Below are positions 15,973-29,134 of a DNA stretch of 64,000 nt, piece by piece. How positions within the stretch are numbered: the first letter of the stretch is position 1; each line of letters opens with the position of its first letter. The DNA is taken from NCBI GenBank assembly GCA_964016885.1, contig OZ024743.1, positions 7,874,001-7,938,000 on the forward strand. The letters run 5' to 3'. Both the position numbers and the translations under genes were made by a program. A model generated the notes under the pieces. That model searched no databases, was not told the origin of the DNA, and worked only from the letters and a program-made list of their open reading frames with translations. The stretch comes from Eledone cirrhosa. Its lineage: Eukaryota.

Positions 15973-16956
15973 GCCTGGCACACCGAGTGTGCCCAGGCAC
16001 TCACGGCTCTCTGGCAGGCGGACCCGGCTGTCAGTGGAGAATCCACCTCGTCATTCTATAGAGGGCTGGTGGTTAGCAGGTGCGACGACGACCTCGGAGA
16101 AGCCCTAGGCATGGAGGAAGACGAACTGGCCAACCTGTTCGGTAGGACATTCAGCCCGGGACCCATGGATAACTTCCAGAGGTCCCTGGCCTGGCAATAC
16201 TACAGAAGGGCTCTGCCCGTTCGAGAAAGGCTCTACAGACACGGGCGCCCGGGTAGGGACCCATCGAAAAAGATCTGTCCCAGATGCGTGTGCGACGAGG
16301 AAACCGTTGCACACGCATTGGTACACTGCTCGGGCATTGCCGATCTGTGGGGTTATGTCGAACAACTGCTGTCAAGGGTGGGACCAATCCGGTTGACCAC
16401 CGAGTCTATTGTAACGATCAAGCCGCCTCCCCTCTTCAAAAACGAAGGAGAGGCGGTGTTTCTGTGCGTAATAGCCATGGCGAAAGAGGTTGTATGGTGG
16501 ACGCGTCTGAAAGGACTGAGGTCAGGCACCTTTCTCTCTGGCCAACAACTGGTCCGTTTCTTCCGATATCATTTCGGAAGAAGGATCAGGATGGAGAGAG
16601 AGGTGCTGCACCCCAGCCGTTTCTATGAAAGATGGGTGAAAGTGGCGAGAATGGCCCGTGTGAATGGGCCTTCACTCTACATCAGACTATAGGTGAGGAA
16701 GATGAAAGACCAAGGGAGCACCCCTTCTCTGTGCTCCTGAGGAGAAGGGTTGCACACTTTTTTCGGGGGTGTGTGCGACCTCCCAAGGCGCCTCCTCTCT
16801 ATTGAGGACTTTGTTATAAATTTTATTTTTTGTTATATTTTATTTTATTTTTATATATTGTTATTGCCTCCTCCTTATTGAGGACGCCTTGTTTTGTAAA
16901 CTCCCCCCATTGTACTTGTCCCACTTTTGATGCCCTGGTGGCAAATAAAAGAAACA
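15973..16956 (+). mobile_element. Tx1/L1-clade LINE, 5'-truncated: ORF2 C-terminal zf-RVT region plus 3'UTR
   Basis: Open frame to 16692 with SLAWQYYRRALPVRERL...CPRC...EETVAHALVHC (CCHC zinc-binding motif of L1/Tx1 ORF2); ends aataaaagaaac; flanks share a duplicated TATC-rich segment. Confidence 0.88.
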
Positions 16957-17615
16957 TATCTACCTATCTCTCTCTCTCTCTATCTACCCCTCTCTCTTTC
17001 TAATTATCTATCTATCTATCTATCTCAGATTGTTGCATACAGTTCGTATGTTTCAAATAAGTATGCAAAATATGCTTACACACACACACACACACTCACA
17101 CACATAGACACACAGACACACACTTACACACACACACGCGCACACACACACACGTATATATTTATATATATATATGTATTCTTGTATATATGTATATGTA
17201 TATGTTTGTATATTTATATATTTATATATTTATATATATATATGCATATGTGTGTATATATATGTATATATACATATATATGTGTGTGTGTGAGTGTGTG
17301 TGTGCACAAATACATACACAGACACACTATATATATATACACACACACGCATGTATATGTCCATATATTTGTATTTAATATCTATGAGTATGTATACAAA
17401 TAGTTACCTAAATAGTCGTATATACACAAACATAAATCCACCTGACATGCTGACTGATACACACGCCCACGCACTCAAACGCGCGCGTACCTACACACAC
17501 TCATGTATGGTACACATTTCTTATAATGTGTAAATATACATATCAGTTTGTATGTACGTATGTATAAATATATATATATATATACATACGTACATACAAA
17601 CTGATATGTATATTT

Positions 17616-17714
<99 letters not shown>

Positions 17715-17776
17715 AAAGTGAGGTTTTTTTTACAAAATGAAAAATAACCGAGGTGTCCTACACGAGTGAAAGTATA

Positions 17777-18062
17777 AAGAAAAAGAGATGAAATCGAAAA
17801 TGCAACTGGAGTCTTATTTTTTTATAAAAAATATATATATTTATTTGGTTCCTTTACCGGTTTCGCAGTTCTTCTGCTTTTCAAAAGGTGAGTTGAGATG
17901 GAGGGTCTGTGGTTTTTCTGTGAGAAAAACCACAGACCCTCCATCTCAACTCACCTTTTGAAAAGCAGAAGAACTGCGAAACCGGTAAAGGAACCAAATA
18001 AATATATATATTTTTTATAAAAAAATAAGACTCCAGTTGCATTTTCGATTTCATCTCTTTTT

Positions 18063-18065
<3 letters not shown>
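17777..18065. mobile_element. 289-bp palindrome with two variant-core hammerheads (minus 17851-17888, plus 17954-17991)
   Basis: CCTT-TTGAAAA-GCAG-aagaa-CTGC-GAAA-CCGG-TA-AAGG; 3-nt loop at 17920-17922. Confidence 0.8.
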
Positions 18066-18138
<73 letters not shown>

Positions 18139-18165
18139 AATAATAATAATAATAGTAATAATAAT

Positions 18166-18280
18166 GGTTTCTTTATTGGCCACAAGGGCTAACATGAAGA
18201 AAAACATTAGAGACGGCACAAGACGATACAAAGTGGGTTTTGGCCGTGTAAAAAGGTTATAGAAAAGACAGAAACATGTA
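18166..18280 (-). mobile_element. Tx1-like LINE 3' end abutting an (ATT)n tract
   Basis: Minus strand ...cccttgtggccaataaagaaac then (att)n; the same terminus style as 13966 and 16956. Confidence 0.55.
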
Positions 18281-18288
18281 AAAAATAA

Positions 18289-18466
18289 TAATTGTTTCTA
18301 ATTTTGGCACAAGGCCAGCAATTATTTCAGTACATTACTGGTACTTTATATTATCGACCCCGTAAGGATGAAAGGCAAAGTTAACCTCGGCGGGATTTGA
18401 ACTCAGTCCGTAAAGGGACGTAACTATGCTGGAAAGCATGGTATCGGACCCTCTACCGATACTGCT
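18289..18466 (-). mobile_element. Nin-domain SINE, near full length
   Basis: Near-identical to 53680-53863 in reverse. Confidence 0.88.
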
Positions 18467-18467
18467 A

Positions 18468-18638
18468 GTGTTCAATTTTCATCACATTTATTGATCGTAT
18501 AGAACCTTGAGCTGATCAATCGCGAAACGCGCGTCACACCTCAATAAATGTAATGAAAATTGAACACCGCGTCCATATTTTTATTATTATTACACTCTGT
18601 TTAGTATGGAGACTAGACATAGAGTGGTCACTTGACAT

Positions 18639-18640
<2 letters not shown>
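18468..18640 (+). mobile_element. Fold-back insert with damaged hammerhead and 3' bulged hairpin
   Basis: Inverted repeat 18468-18494 / 18541-18567; CTGATCA..GAAA-CGCGCG-TC; ACTC-TGTTTAGT-atggag-ACTAGACA-TA-GAGTGG at 18594-18627. Confidence 0.7.
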
Positions 18641-18720
<80 letters not shown>

Positions 18721-18722
<2 letters not shown>

Positions 18723-18898
18723 CCCTGACGGCTGAGCTCCCGCCGTTTCGTCAGCTAGATCTAGCTGTCGAAACGGCCGGAGCTCAGCCGTCGGGGTCCT
18801 GACTCTTTTCATATTACCCACTCTACTACCCTAAGTATTGAGTATTCTGGTGCGTTATGGCCCACCTGGTACCTTACCACCTTACCACACCCTCTTTG

Positions 18899-18900
<2 letters not shown>
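18721..18900 (+). mobile_element. F1-related fold-back element (diverged subfamily)
   Basis: Inverted repeat centred on cagctagatctagctg; GAAACGGC..GCCGTC-GGGGT; F1 body follows. Confidence 0.85.
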
Positions 18901-18960
<60 letters not shown>

Positions 18961-19122
18961 ATATACATATACATACATACAGAGACACACATACACATAT
19001 GTATGTATGTATATATATATGTGTGTGTGTATATACATACATACAGAAACACACACACATATGTATGTATATATATATATATATACATATATCAAAAACC
19101 TCGCAAAACTAATTCATCGCCG

Positions 19123-19170
<48 letters not shown>

Positions 19171-19782
19171 CGAGAGAGAAAGAGAGAAAAAGGTTCACCC
19201 TTATTCCGCCAAAGTTTAAATGTTACCATGTTTTTTTCTGAATAGTGTGCATATGGAGAAAACCAAGATGTTGTCATTGACTATCATAATCGAACCACCA
19301 TAGTTACCGAAAGCGTTCCAGTCATGAGCTTCTCGCCTTTTTAATTAGGTACATTGCATTCAGGCCCAAAATATCCACCGTATTCTTCATTACGAAGAGA
19401 GGAGGGTATAATTTGAAGAATTCTTTTTGGCCCTGTTCCTATCTGGTGGCGCTGCACTAGGCAATAAGCTACTTGAAATCTGTCCTTAGACTGATTTCAA
19501 TAACGTCAGTTTCCCTGTTTTAACCATAATATATATTATGTGGTTAATTACCCAACTAATCTCTATACTTTTGAGTAGGTGAATAGATTTTTATTTCTAA
19601 AGCTCACCCTGACACAAGCGATTCTTCCAATATATCTAATGTGGTTGCCTCATGAAACAAATCTGTCAATAGTTCAGCATAAACAAATAATCTGTTCCAC
19701 GTTTAATGTGATTGGTTGTGGGTATGTGCTACCGAGAGTATCAACCTAATTTTGTACTCAATCAAATCTTCACGATTATGTA

Positions 19783-19960
19783 CAGTGAAATTCCGTTATA
19801 ACGAAATTCACAGGGTATAAAAAAATTCGTTGTTACGAAAAATTCTTTATAACGAAATTGACGGAAACAAATCGAGCGTTTGTTTACTACCTCGGGGATT
19901 GAAAACAAATTCGTTATACTGAAAAATTCGTTATAATGGTATTCGTTATAACGGAACCTG
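19783..19960. mobile_element. Tigger/pogo-type MITE
   Basis: TA|CAGTGAAATTCCGTTATAACGAA ... TTCGTTATAACGGAACCTG|TA terminal inverted repeats with TA target duplication. Confidence 0.8.
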
Positions 19961-20737
19961 TATATACTCTTTCATTTCTTTTACTGGTTTTAGCCAATTA
20001 GAATATAACATTGCTCTTATAATCTCGAATACAAAATCTTTGTATAAAATTCTTAATTTCATTTTATCTTTTCCTAAATCGCTTAAATCTGACAGATAAG
20101 TTGATTGTAATTACCAATCTACAGAATTATTAGAGTCTCTATCCTATCTTTCAATACTTCTTCATTATTATCAAATTTGGAACCTTTGATACATCAGAAT
20201 GTACTCTGTATGTACAAAGGTTCAGATTTATAAGGGAAATGAATTTTTAATTTATGACATTCGTGTCCCTTTTATGTACATTTGTGACACGATAAAGTGA
20301 AATGAATTTAATGAGAATCGGAAAATGGGCCGTTGACACAGTTTTCTGGTAGCATACTACTACTCAACACTTCATCCTTTTCAATTGTGATGATATTATC
20401 AATGCCTTAGTGGAAAATATTTCCAATTATATAAACCTATTTATTCAACTTATGGGACCTCTACAAACATACACATATACATGAAAATACAAACAATAAA
20501 TACACACATACATTGATATATAATATATGTGCATGGCTGTTGTGACGCAAACCTAAATGCATATTTAGTGCCAATGTATTATTTTAGAATATACACGTAA
20601 TGTAGCGTATTGTGTATATCACTTAAACAGACATTACATATTTGATACTGTGGAGAGTTCTGACATCTTTCAGATTTTTTTAAAGAGATAAGTCTCAGAG
20701 TTTTATATGAGTTAGTGCAATGCATATTTCAAATGAA

Positions 20738-22950
20738 ATCTTCTTCTTCGCCCACTTGTTCTCGAGAGGGTCATGGAATAAGAGTCCCTAAACACTCCTT
20801 TCAGCCGAGCTCATGGATATTATTCAACCGTCTTCCTCGGGGTCTACCCCTGGGTATCTTGCCGGTTGGTTTTGCCCGTAAAATCTGTCCAGCGATACTT
20901 TCCTTGGACATTCTAACCACATGCCCGTAGCATCGGAGCTGTGATCTCTCAATTCGGAGAAGTAGCGGCTCTACCTGTTGCGACTCTCTGCTCTACGAGT
21001 AACGTAACTCCAAAGACCCTTCGGAGGAACCCCATTTCGGTCGCTTGTATTCGTGATCGTATTCTTTCGGTCATTACCCAAGGTTCATGACCATAGGTAA
21101 GGGTCGACACGAATACCGAATTGAAGATAGCGAGTTTAGCTTTTATACCTAATGTTGAAGCTGGTCCATTACTGCACCAGCTCCTACAATGACTGCACTT
21201 AATTCAGCCTCCTGCCTTCCATCATTAATGATGAAAGAGAGGAGAAGCCCTGACGCATTCCTGATAGCAGGTATGGTGGAAGTCTTCTTATTACAATATC
21301 GGTGGATGATCTGCCAGAACACTTTATTTGCTGATCTAAATTCAGATTCCAGCTTGATCACAAAGTCCTCTCGTGGAAGGCGGAGCTATTTCCAAGCCAA
21401 TCTTTGAAGGCCTGCATACCTGATCCTGACTTCCCTATCTACCCATGCTTTGCCCTTTATCCTGTAAGTCGACCTGGAACTGCCAATTTTGTGGGCTTCT
21501 TTGGCTTTAGAGTCTCAAGTTACAGATAACTAGATGGTGATCATTTGACAGCCTCTCTCTTAATCCTTTAGCATTTAAACCGGCCATATCCGACCCGAAT
21601 TCTCTCACCTCTTTCTGTTTTAACAAGTTGCTAATACCCATGTTAAGGTATTGTTCTCAAAATAAATAATATCAAAATCTCATAGATTAGATATTATGTG
21701 AGATAAAGCCGTTACCACAAAAATACAATAGTATATAAAAAGTAATATAAATGCTAAAGGGTTAACACAAACACCCAGCACAGAATCGAAGAAGTCAGAG
21801 ACAATAACAAACTCGATTATTGATCTCTGTACCTGATTCCTCTGATACCAAGTATATTTATGGGTGTCTCTATGCTGGAAGAAGGTGTTTATAATAGAGA
21901 GTCCATTGCTAGAACATACGTCGAATAAGGCCCCTCCATTCGTATTTAGATCGGGATTGCCTTTCCTCCCAATCACACCTTTCCATGTCAGCTCGTCAGT
22001 GCTAACATGTACATTGAAGTCTCCCATCAGGATATATGACTCAGACTTAACTACATTTAACGCTGTAGTGACTTCATCAAGGAAAGATCTGTTTTCGAAC
22101 TCCTTGCTTGGTGCAAAACTTGCACCACCTACAGAGACCTATTTTTTAGCCTAAGCTTCAAGAGGCAAATCCTCCCTTCCAATGGTATCCAGTTCATAAC
22201 ACTTTCTGACAGCCGGGGGCTTATGAGTATCTACATTCCCGCCTGTGTAGTCATTTCCGGCATCACACCTGAATATTGGAGTTTCCATCCTCCATCTAAA
22301 TCAACAGTACCAGAGCCACGGAACTTTGTTGAGGAAACCCCGACTAAATCTAGTCGGTGACATCTAGATTCCTCTACTAGTTCCTGCTCTTTACCTGTAA
22401 GGGTTGTGATGCTTAGTGTTTCAATTATCATGTTTTGCTCCCCTCTTTGGGGTCTCGAGATACGCGGTTTTTGTGCTTCCATCCCACTCTTCTCCGGGTA
22501 GGTTGCAGGCCCATTGCCAATTGTTACGGCATGAAATAGATACTGCAATATATTCTTCGAACAAGCCCCTCTACCTAAGGCCTGGACGCTTCCCATGTTA
22601 ACCCACGCGAAGGGCGATATGGTATGTTTCTTTTACCTCTCACCATATTGCAGTTTTTGTGATCTTAGTCACCAATCTGGGGCTATCTCAAACCTGCGAA
22701 GACTAGGCTTTTTTAGGGGTGGTCTTTACTCGCCTTGTCATAGTTACGTCCTTGAGTTGTGAGAGTCTTCTTGGGAGCTACATATGTCACCCATTGTTCC
22801 GCCTTCTCTACTAGCTTAACACTGTTGGCCCGAGGTTGCTTATTCCTCCGACAGGTGCCCGCTTTTATCGCAACTAATCATCCTATCTGGTGGCCGTATC
22901 ACTATCCGCCACCCGCGAGCCGTTCTCTAACACAACAGCTCTGCCGAGAA
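20738..22950 (-). mobile_element. RTE-clade LINE, internally deleted and frameshifted
   Basis: APE endonuclease remnants (TTLTGKEQELV..LVGVSSTK, MGDFNVHV..WKGVIG..NGLSIINTFF..HKYTWY); C-terminal EMGFLRR..QLRCYGHVVRM..PRGRPR; (gaa)n tail. The 5' boundary is uncertain. Confidence 0.88.
21564..21761. mobile_element. piggyBac-type MITE nested in the RTE element
   Basis: TTAA|tcctttagcattta ... taaatgctaaaggg|TTAA; removing it rejoins endonuclease sequence leading to the ..NDHHLV motif. Confidence 0.85.
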
Positions 22951-22952
22951 TC

Positions 22953-23100
22953 TCGTTTCCTCAGCCTTTTAGCAAAGTGTAGTATCTGTTCGTATCAGCT
23001 TAATATCTGATATGTTCGTAATATAGGAACTCTGATGTTAAACTGATTTTTCATTACCGGTTCGAGTTTTGCCACGGGTTGACCTGGTATTACAATACTT
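22953..23100 (+). pseudogene. U2: U2 snRNA pseudogene
   Basis: ctcagccttttagc..aagtgtagtatctgttc.tatcag.ttaatatctgata (branch-point recognition region), Sm-site-like gattttt, and gacctggtatt.ca.tac; several deletions. Confidence 0.9.
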
Positions 23101-23430
23101 ATGATACTGCTTAATTAAATTATTATTTTTTATTGTTTCTTAATGTCCTATATAAGAAGAGTTGAATTCCCATTCCTATTCATGTATATATTAATTTTAA
23201 GATATCTATATCTCGGAAATAGTGAAATGCTGGGAAATGCAATATATTTATTTTTATGTAAAATAAATGAACGCTTAAATATATCAATTCTTCTTTAATT
23301 ATGAAACTTGATTAAACAGAGGAAGAGTTGAGTTTTGATTTTAATCTTTTCTATCCATTCTTCATTTCTTAGTTATTTATGACTTCAAATTTATAATGAT
23401 CTCCTATTTGTGATTCATCTGATCACATGC

Positions 23431-23527
23431 AATATGTGTGTGATATATGTGTGTGATATATGTGTGTGATATATGTGTGTGATATATGTGTGTGATATAT
23501 GTGTGTGATATATGTGTGTGATATATG
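23431..23527. repeat. 13-bp minisatellite (gatatatgtgtgt), about 7 units
   Basis: Direct tandem units visible. Confidence 0.9.
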
Positions 23528-25287
23528 GTTCATATTTACTTCACCCAGAAAAGAAGCGGCTACATTTTGTTAATTAACATCCATACATAGCCTATCGAGT
23601 CGTGGACGCTGCAGAGGCTGATCACGGAGCACCGGTACCACCTGGCCATATTCTGCGCTTGCACAACGAACGACACTCGAAAACAGAGATGAACTAGATT
23701 CCACCTGGCGGCACACGGAAGCGGGGTTGCCCCAGGATCACCTGGTGACGAATGGCACGGACATGAAAAAGCCGCTGCTGATCTTGACGGTTGACGACTA
23801 CTTACTGCTGGATGCGCCGAAAGACGCGGAAGAACATAAGAACTTAAGACTAAGACTAATACATATCCTATCGTAGTAAAGGGACTAAAGGCCAACGTTT
23901 GTGCATTGGACAAACGATATTCTAATAATGAATCAGATGATGCACATAAAATAAACTATTATGCACGTAGGCAAATATTCGTAAAACGGTAAAATTCTTT
24001 GACAAACGTTAAAGTATCGACTACTCTTACACATCTGGAATGTTCTTTTATTTATTCTCATAAATAGTAATGTTCTCTCTAAATATATAAGACTAGTAAT
24101 TCCCGCGTACACCCCATAGGTTTTCGTTTAGAGATCTGAGATGCTACTTTTTCTACTTCGAGATAAGATACACATAAACTACTAAAGTTCTTTTGCGAAG
24201 ATAACTTGCTACTGTTCGTTTTAGATACACTCGCCATTCTGTCCTGCTGTCTACGTTGAGATAAGGTATTTATATTACTTTTTACGTCGCATGTAAGACT
24301 CGGGAATCTTTGAAGATAGATATAGCAATAGGTTTTTAAATGTTGATGCTGTTGTGTACATAGTAAAGCAGTAAGTAATTCCGAGAGCTTGTTAGATCCC
24401 TATGTTAATATATGTGACGTTAATCACGTTAGAATCTATTATAAATAAAGTGGTAGATAGGCGAACATTCGACAGTATATATTCTATCACCTGTGATGTG
24501 CTGTATTTAGAGCTAGTTAACCAACTAGGAGATGATATAGTTCATCACCTAAAGCTGCAAGTACTGTATATATTTAAAAAAGATTTGTAGTGCTATATTC
24601 AAATCGTTGGATGGAGAGGTAGTAGATCACAAGATGATGAAATATTTTGTAGTAGGCTTACAATTAAGGACCTTACTTTCAGAAATTAGGTACTTTTCAT
24701 AAGGGAAACAACATCGAAATTCTAGCTTTAGTTCAATCCAAAGAGAACTGGTAATGTGAAATAAAGCAGTATCAGCTGGCATTCGAATGTGATCCACAGA
24801 CAAATCTCGCTTCGCGGATACACTATCGTCTGACCGTCTGACCGTCTTCCCCTCTAATACCTGGCCAGACTGGAACGCAAGCTCTTGCATTTTTGGTGTT
24901 TTTGTAGAAGGGACAAATCCCGCTGGTCAGAAAATCTGTTACTAACATCCACTCCATGACGGCTTTGAGATACCATCGATAATGATGTGCAGGCAGACGC
25001 TACGGTTAACACACATGCGGAATTAGCTTACGTACTGCATTGTTGACGACAACAAAAGCGAACCCCAATCAGTGTATCTGTCTTTTTTGCGACATGTCTT
25101 TCTGCAGTTCGTTTTGTTAACAGCACTACAGTCCTCGGTTAAGTGAAGACCAATGTTGGGCATCTGGCATCGAGCAGAAGATTGACAAGTCGACCCTAAA
25201 TACTACTAGGAGAGCCAGGAGCAACACATCTTTTTAACTTTGATTTTCAAAGTAAGTTTATAATTATTAATTTTCATTATACTGTTG

Positions 25288-25500
25288 TAGCTGTCTCGGC
25301 GGCCTAGTTGGAGGAATCATAGACGGTGGTGATTCTGGTCTGAAGTTCGGTCCTTGTCCGGAGTAGGGTTCCCGGTAAACCTTTTCAGTTTTTTTCTATA
25401 AGGACTGAAAAAGATTACATGGGCCTCTCGACCAGGATTGAACCCAGGACCAGGATCTCCACCGTCTTTAGTACCTACCACCAGGCCACTGAGACAGCTA
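25288..25500. mobile_element. MITE-like element built from two inverted tRNA-like heads
   Basis: tagctgtctc...gagacagcta termini; arms carry A-box-like TGGCCTGGTGG and B-box-like GGTTCAATCC; central hairpin cttttcagt..actgaaaaag. Confidence 0.6.
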
Positions 25501-25659
25501 TGAAAAGCTACTGAAAATTCATACTTATAAACCTACTTTCAAAATTTTCAATACAAAATGATGTGGTGTCGGTCATGTCTTTCTTAATTAAGGTCGACTT
25601 CTAAATCATTTGTGTGTTCCATAAACTACATCCTCGTTTTGTTTCTCATCTATCTAGAC

Positions 25660-27911
25660 CAGGCATGCCAAACATGCGACCCGCGGGCCTCATGGGGCCC
25701 TTTTCAAGCACAGATGAGGCCCACACAAAGGTTTTTACAACGCAAGCATGTTTTATCTTCGTAATATAGAATTTAAAAAATGTTCGATACGATTGTTTTT
25801 TTTTTGTGCGATTTTTGTCAACTACTTTTAACTTCCGACGAATCACGCGCAACTCATTAACAGTTGTAAACAAAAACATTTCTTTCAAAATTCCAAAAGT
25901 CTTTTTCTTTTAAAATGGCAAGTGCTCCTCCAGCTAAGAGAAAAAGGAAATTGAACGAAGAACGGTGAGTGTTTCAAGAAAATTGAGAATTACAGTATGT
26001 TTGCACAACGGTGAACGGAAAGATACACTGCTTAATTTGCAACAACTGCATCGCCACATACAATTTGAAAGGATATTAGGAAACGAACCATCGACCTTAC
26101 GATAAATATGAAGGCTCAATGCCTGTTTCAAGACCCAATGAATTGAAGGCTAACTTGACACAGCAACAGACCTGTTTTATGTAAATTCAGGAAGAGAATG
26201 TTGCTTCTGTTACTGCAAGCTATGAACACAGCCGAATGATCGCCATGAGTGGAAAATCTTACAGTAAAGGAGATTTTGTAAAGCAATGCCTTGTAAAAAC
26301 AGCTGAAATTGTCCAGAGAAAGCAGAGTTATTCAAAGACATTTCATTAACCAGGAACACTGTTGATGAAATGTCAGGTGATCTGAAACAACAGTTGGAGG
26401 CTATATCATCAAGGTTTGAACATTTTTATATTGCTATTGATGAGACCGTTGACATCACTGGAATAGCACAGTTTGCATTCTTCATCAGGGCCTGTGACAG
26501 TGAATTTAATATTTATGAAGAACTGATTGAACTGGTCCCCATGCATGACATCATAACAAGCCAGGATATCTTCAAGCATGACTATGGTTTTGATTTGAGT
26601 AAACTTTCATGCTTATCTACTGACGGTGCTGCGAATATGGTTGGCAGACATAATGGTGTTACTGTCAAGTTACGAACTGGCATTCAGATTCATCATTTGC
26701 ATATTTTTACTGTATTATTCATCAGCAAAATTTGTGTTCAAATATTTTAAAATTGCATCCTGTGCTTAGCTTGGTCACAGAGACCGTGATCTATATCAGA
26801 GGTCGTGCTCTCAACCGCCGTCAGTTCAGCCAGTTGTTGGAAGATACGGATAATCAGTTCACAGATGTTCCATTCTACACAGAAGTCTGCTGGTTGTCAT
26901 GTCACAAAGTGCTGAAAAGATTCTATTTGTTGAGACAAGAAATAATTATGTTTTTGAAGATGAAAGGTCAAAACACAGATGAAATAAAAGATGAAAGTTG
27001 GCTCCAAGATTTGGCTTTTGCTGTGGATATTACTGCACAATTAACTGATCTTAATTTTAAATTACAAGGTAAAAACAAACTCATCACTCAGTTGTATGAT
27101 GACATCAAGTGCTTCATTAGAAAACTAAGCTTATGGAAGTCACAGTTGTGAAATGAAAATTTAGTTAATTTTCCTACGTGCAAAGATCTGAAAAATACTG
27201 CCAATACTGATTCTGTACTTAGCTTTGCTAAGTATGACAGTCACCTGGAATTGTTGTCAAAGGAATTTCAGGAAAGATTTTGTGATTTCTCATCTTTTGA
27301 ACATCAGTTTGCATTATTCTCAGCACCATTCACCTTTGATGTTGCCAAGGCAGAAGAAAGCCGGTAGATGGAACTATTGGAAATGCAGTCAGATTCTATA
27401 CTCAGAGCAAAGCACCTGGTTTCTTTTCATACCTTCCTGAAAAGTTAAAAACTTCAGAAAGTTTGCCACAAAGATTATGGCAATGTTCTACCTATGTGTG
27501 TGAACAGTTATTTTCCTTCATGAAATTAACAAAAACCTCTCAGAGAACAATGCCAACTGATCAACTGTATAGACATTTCAGCCAGACACCAAAAAATCGT
27601 CAACAAAAAGAGGTGTCAAGCCTCAGGACAAAACACTAAAAATGGTTGAATAGTAGCAAATAAATGTTCAGTTTTGAACTGTTGTAATTTTTGTACAATG
27701 TATTTGTTGCTGTTGCAAGCTGCAAGTTTATGTTGCCATTTAAAATGTTGGTGTTTTGTCAAACCACTTCATTACTTTGTATTCATGAATGCTGCTATTT
27801 ATATGTACATTGTATGTTTCTAAATTTAAGTAACAAATTTTTCTGCAATAAATTTTATTAAATGACTTTAATTAGTTTTAATGGGCACAATTAGTTGTCG
27901 TGTGCGGCCCT
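25660..27911 (+). mobile_element. hAT (Charlie/SPIN, GTF2IRD2-like) DNA transposon fossil
   Basis: Left end CAGGCATGCCAAACATGCGACCCGCGGGCC; transposase remnants IAIDETVDITGIAQ, STDGAANMVG, EVCWLS..VLKRF, DLAFAVDI..LNFKLQG; stops and frameshifts; right end truncated after gcggccctc. Confidence 0.92.
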
Positions 27912-28230
27912 CAGATACCACATATGTGACTCATACGGCTCTTGGGGGATCCTTAGTTTGAGGATTAGTGGGTTAGTGGAAGGTATGAGCGATGATGTCC
28001 TGGGAGTGGCTCTGGGCATTGTCCAAACAACCGGGTCTATATTGAGGATTGAATCGCCAGAAGAGAAGTGTTCGTCTGCTTGGCGAAAGAAGCTGCTTTG
28101 CGGACTCGTCGAAAACGTCTGAGTACAGGAATCATCCTCTCCGGCCAAGACTTCATCAACCCAAGTTAGAAAGGTGAGGGTAAAGAGGGAGGTACTGGCT
28201 CTAGTGTTTTATTAAAGATGGGTCAGGGTA
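27912..28230 (-). mobile_element. Possible LINE ORF1 esterase-like remnant
   Basis: GDSILNI..VWTMPRAT resembles the GDS(L/I)..PGA motifs of CR1/L2 ORF1 SGNH domains; weak. Confidence 0.3.
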
Positions 28231-28593
28231 GCGAGATTGACAGTATATGTGTGTATGTGTGTGTGTGTCTGCGTGTGTTTGCAAAAGGCAAACAGAAATA
28301 ACAAAGAAAACGACAGTACAATGAAGAAATATATTATTAGCTTTACGCTTGATGTAGTAGAGTAGTCTTTCATCATAAAATAGAATGAGAAATTAAAGAA
28401 GAAATAGAAAAATTGAGGAGACGGGCAGGGCGCAAACATTTTTTTTTCAGAGGAAAATAACAGATCCATTAATGTTTTATGTATTATATACTATGAAAAG
28501 GTGGTGACCGTGCGCGTCTATCTGAAAGGGAAAAAATAAAACCGTTTTGTATATAGAGATGTACGTGTGCGCCTGTGTATATGCGTGTGTATT

Positions 28594-28652
<59 letters not shown>

Positions 28653-28659
28653 GTAATAA

Positions 28660-28839
28660 TAATAAATTTGAAAACTAAAATCAAAGAGGGCTCGATAAGG
28701 ATAAATAAATATCAAATATATAAGAACCGTAGAGCAAATATTTATTAAAATAACAGATTAAAGTTTAAGCAAAGTTTCAGAAGATCCCGTTAAGGGTGAA
28801 AGCAGCGATTCTTTGCTTGAACTTTAATCTGTTATTTTA

Positions 28840-28846
<7 letters not shown>
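28660..28846. mobile_element. (TA)n-flanked fold-back insert with degenerate hammerhead-like core
   Basis: About 37-bp inverted repeat around CAGAAGA-TCCC-gtta-AGGG-t-GAAA; minus-strand GCTC..TC-GAGC hairpin at 28688-28735. Confidence 0.5.
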
Positions 28847-28910
<64 letters not shown>

Positions 28911-28914
<4 letters not shown>

Positions 28915-29056
28915 AAGTTTTATTTAAATTGTTGGGTTACAACGAGTAAATATTTATAACTGATATAAAAGCACTCAACAAGTATTTGGAGTATATTTAC
29001 GATATATAATGAAATAAATATGGTTTTATAAATATAGTTTCCATTTATTTAATATC

Positions 29057-29058
<2 letters not shown>
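28911..29058. mobile_element. Rearranged copy of the 58888-59175 family
   Basis: 28911-28995 is the reverse complement of 59088-59175; 29005-29058 matches 59033-59088. Confidence 0.8.
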
Positions 29059-29134
<76 letters not shown>

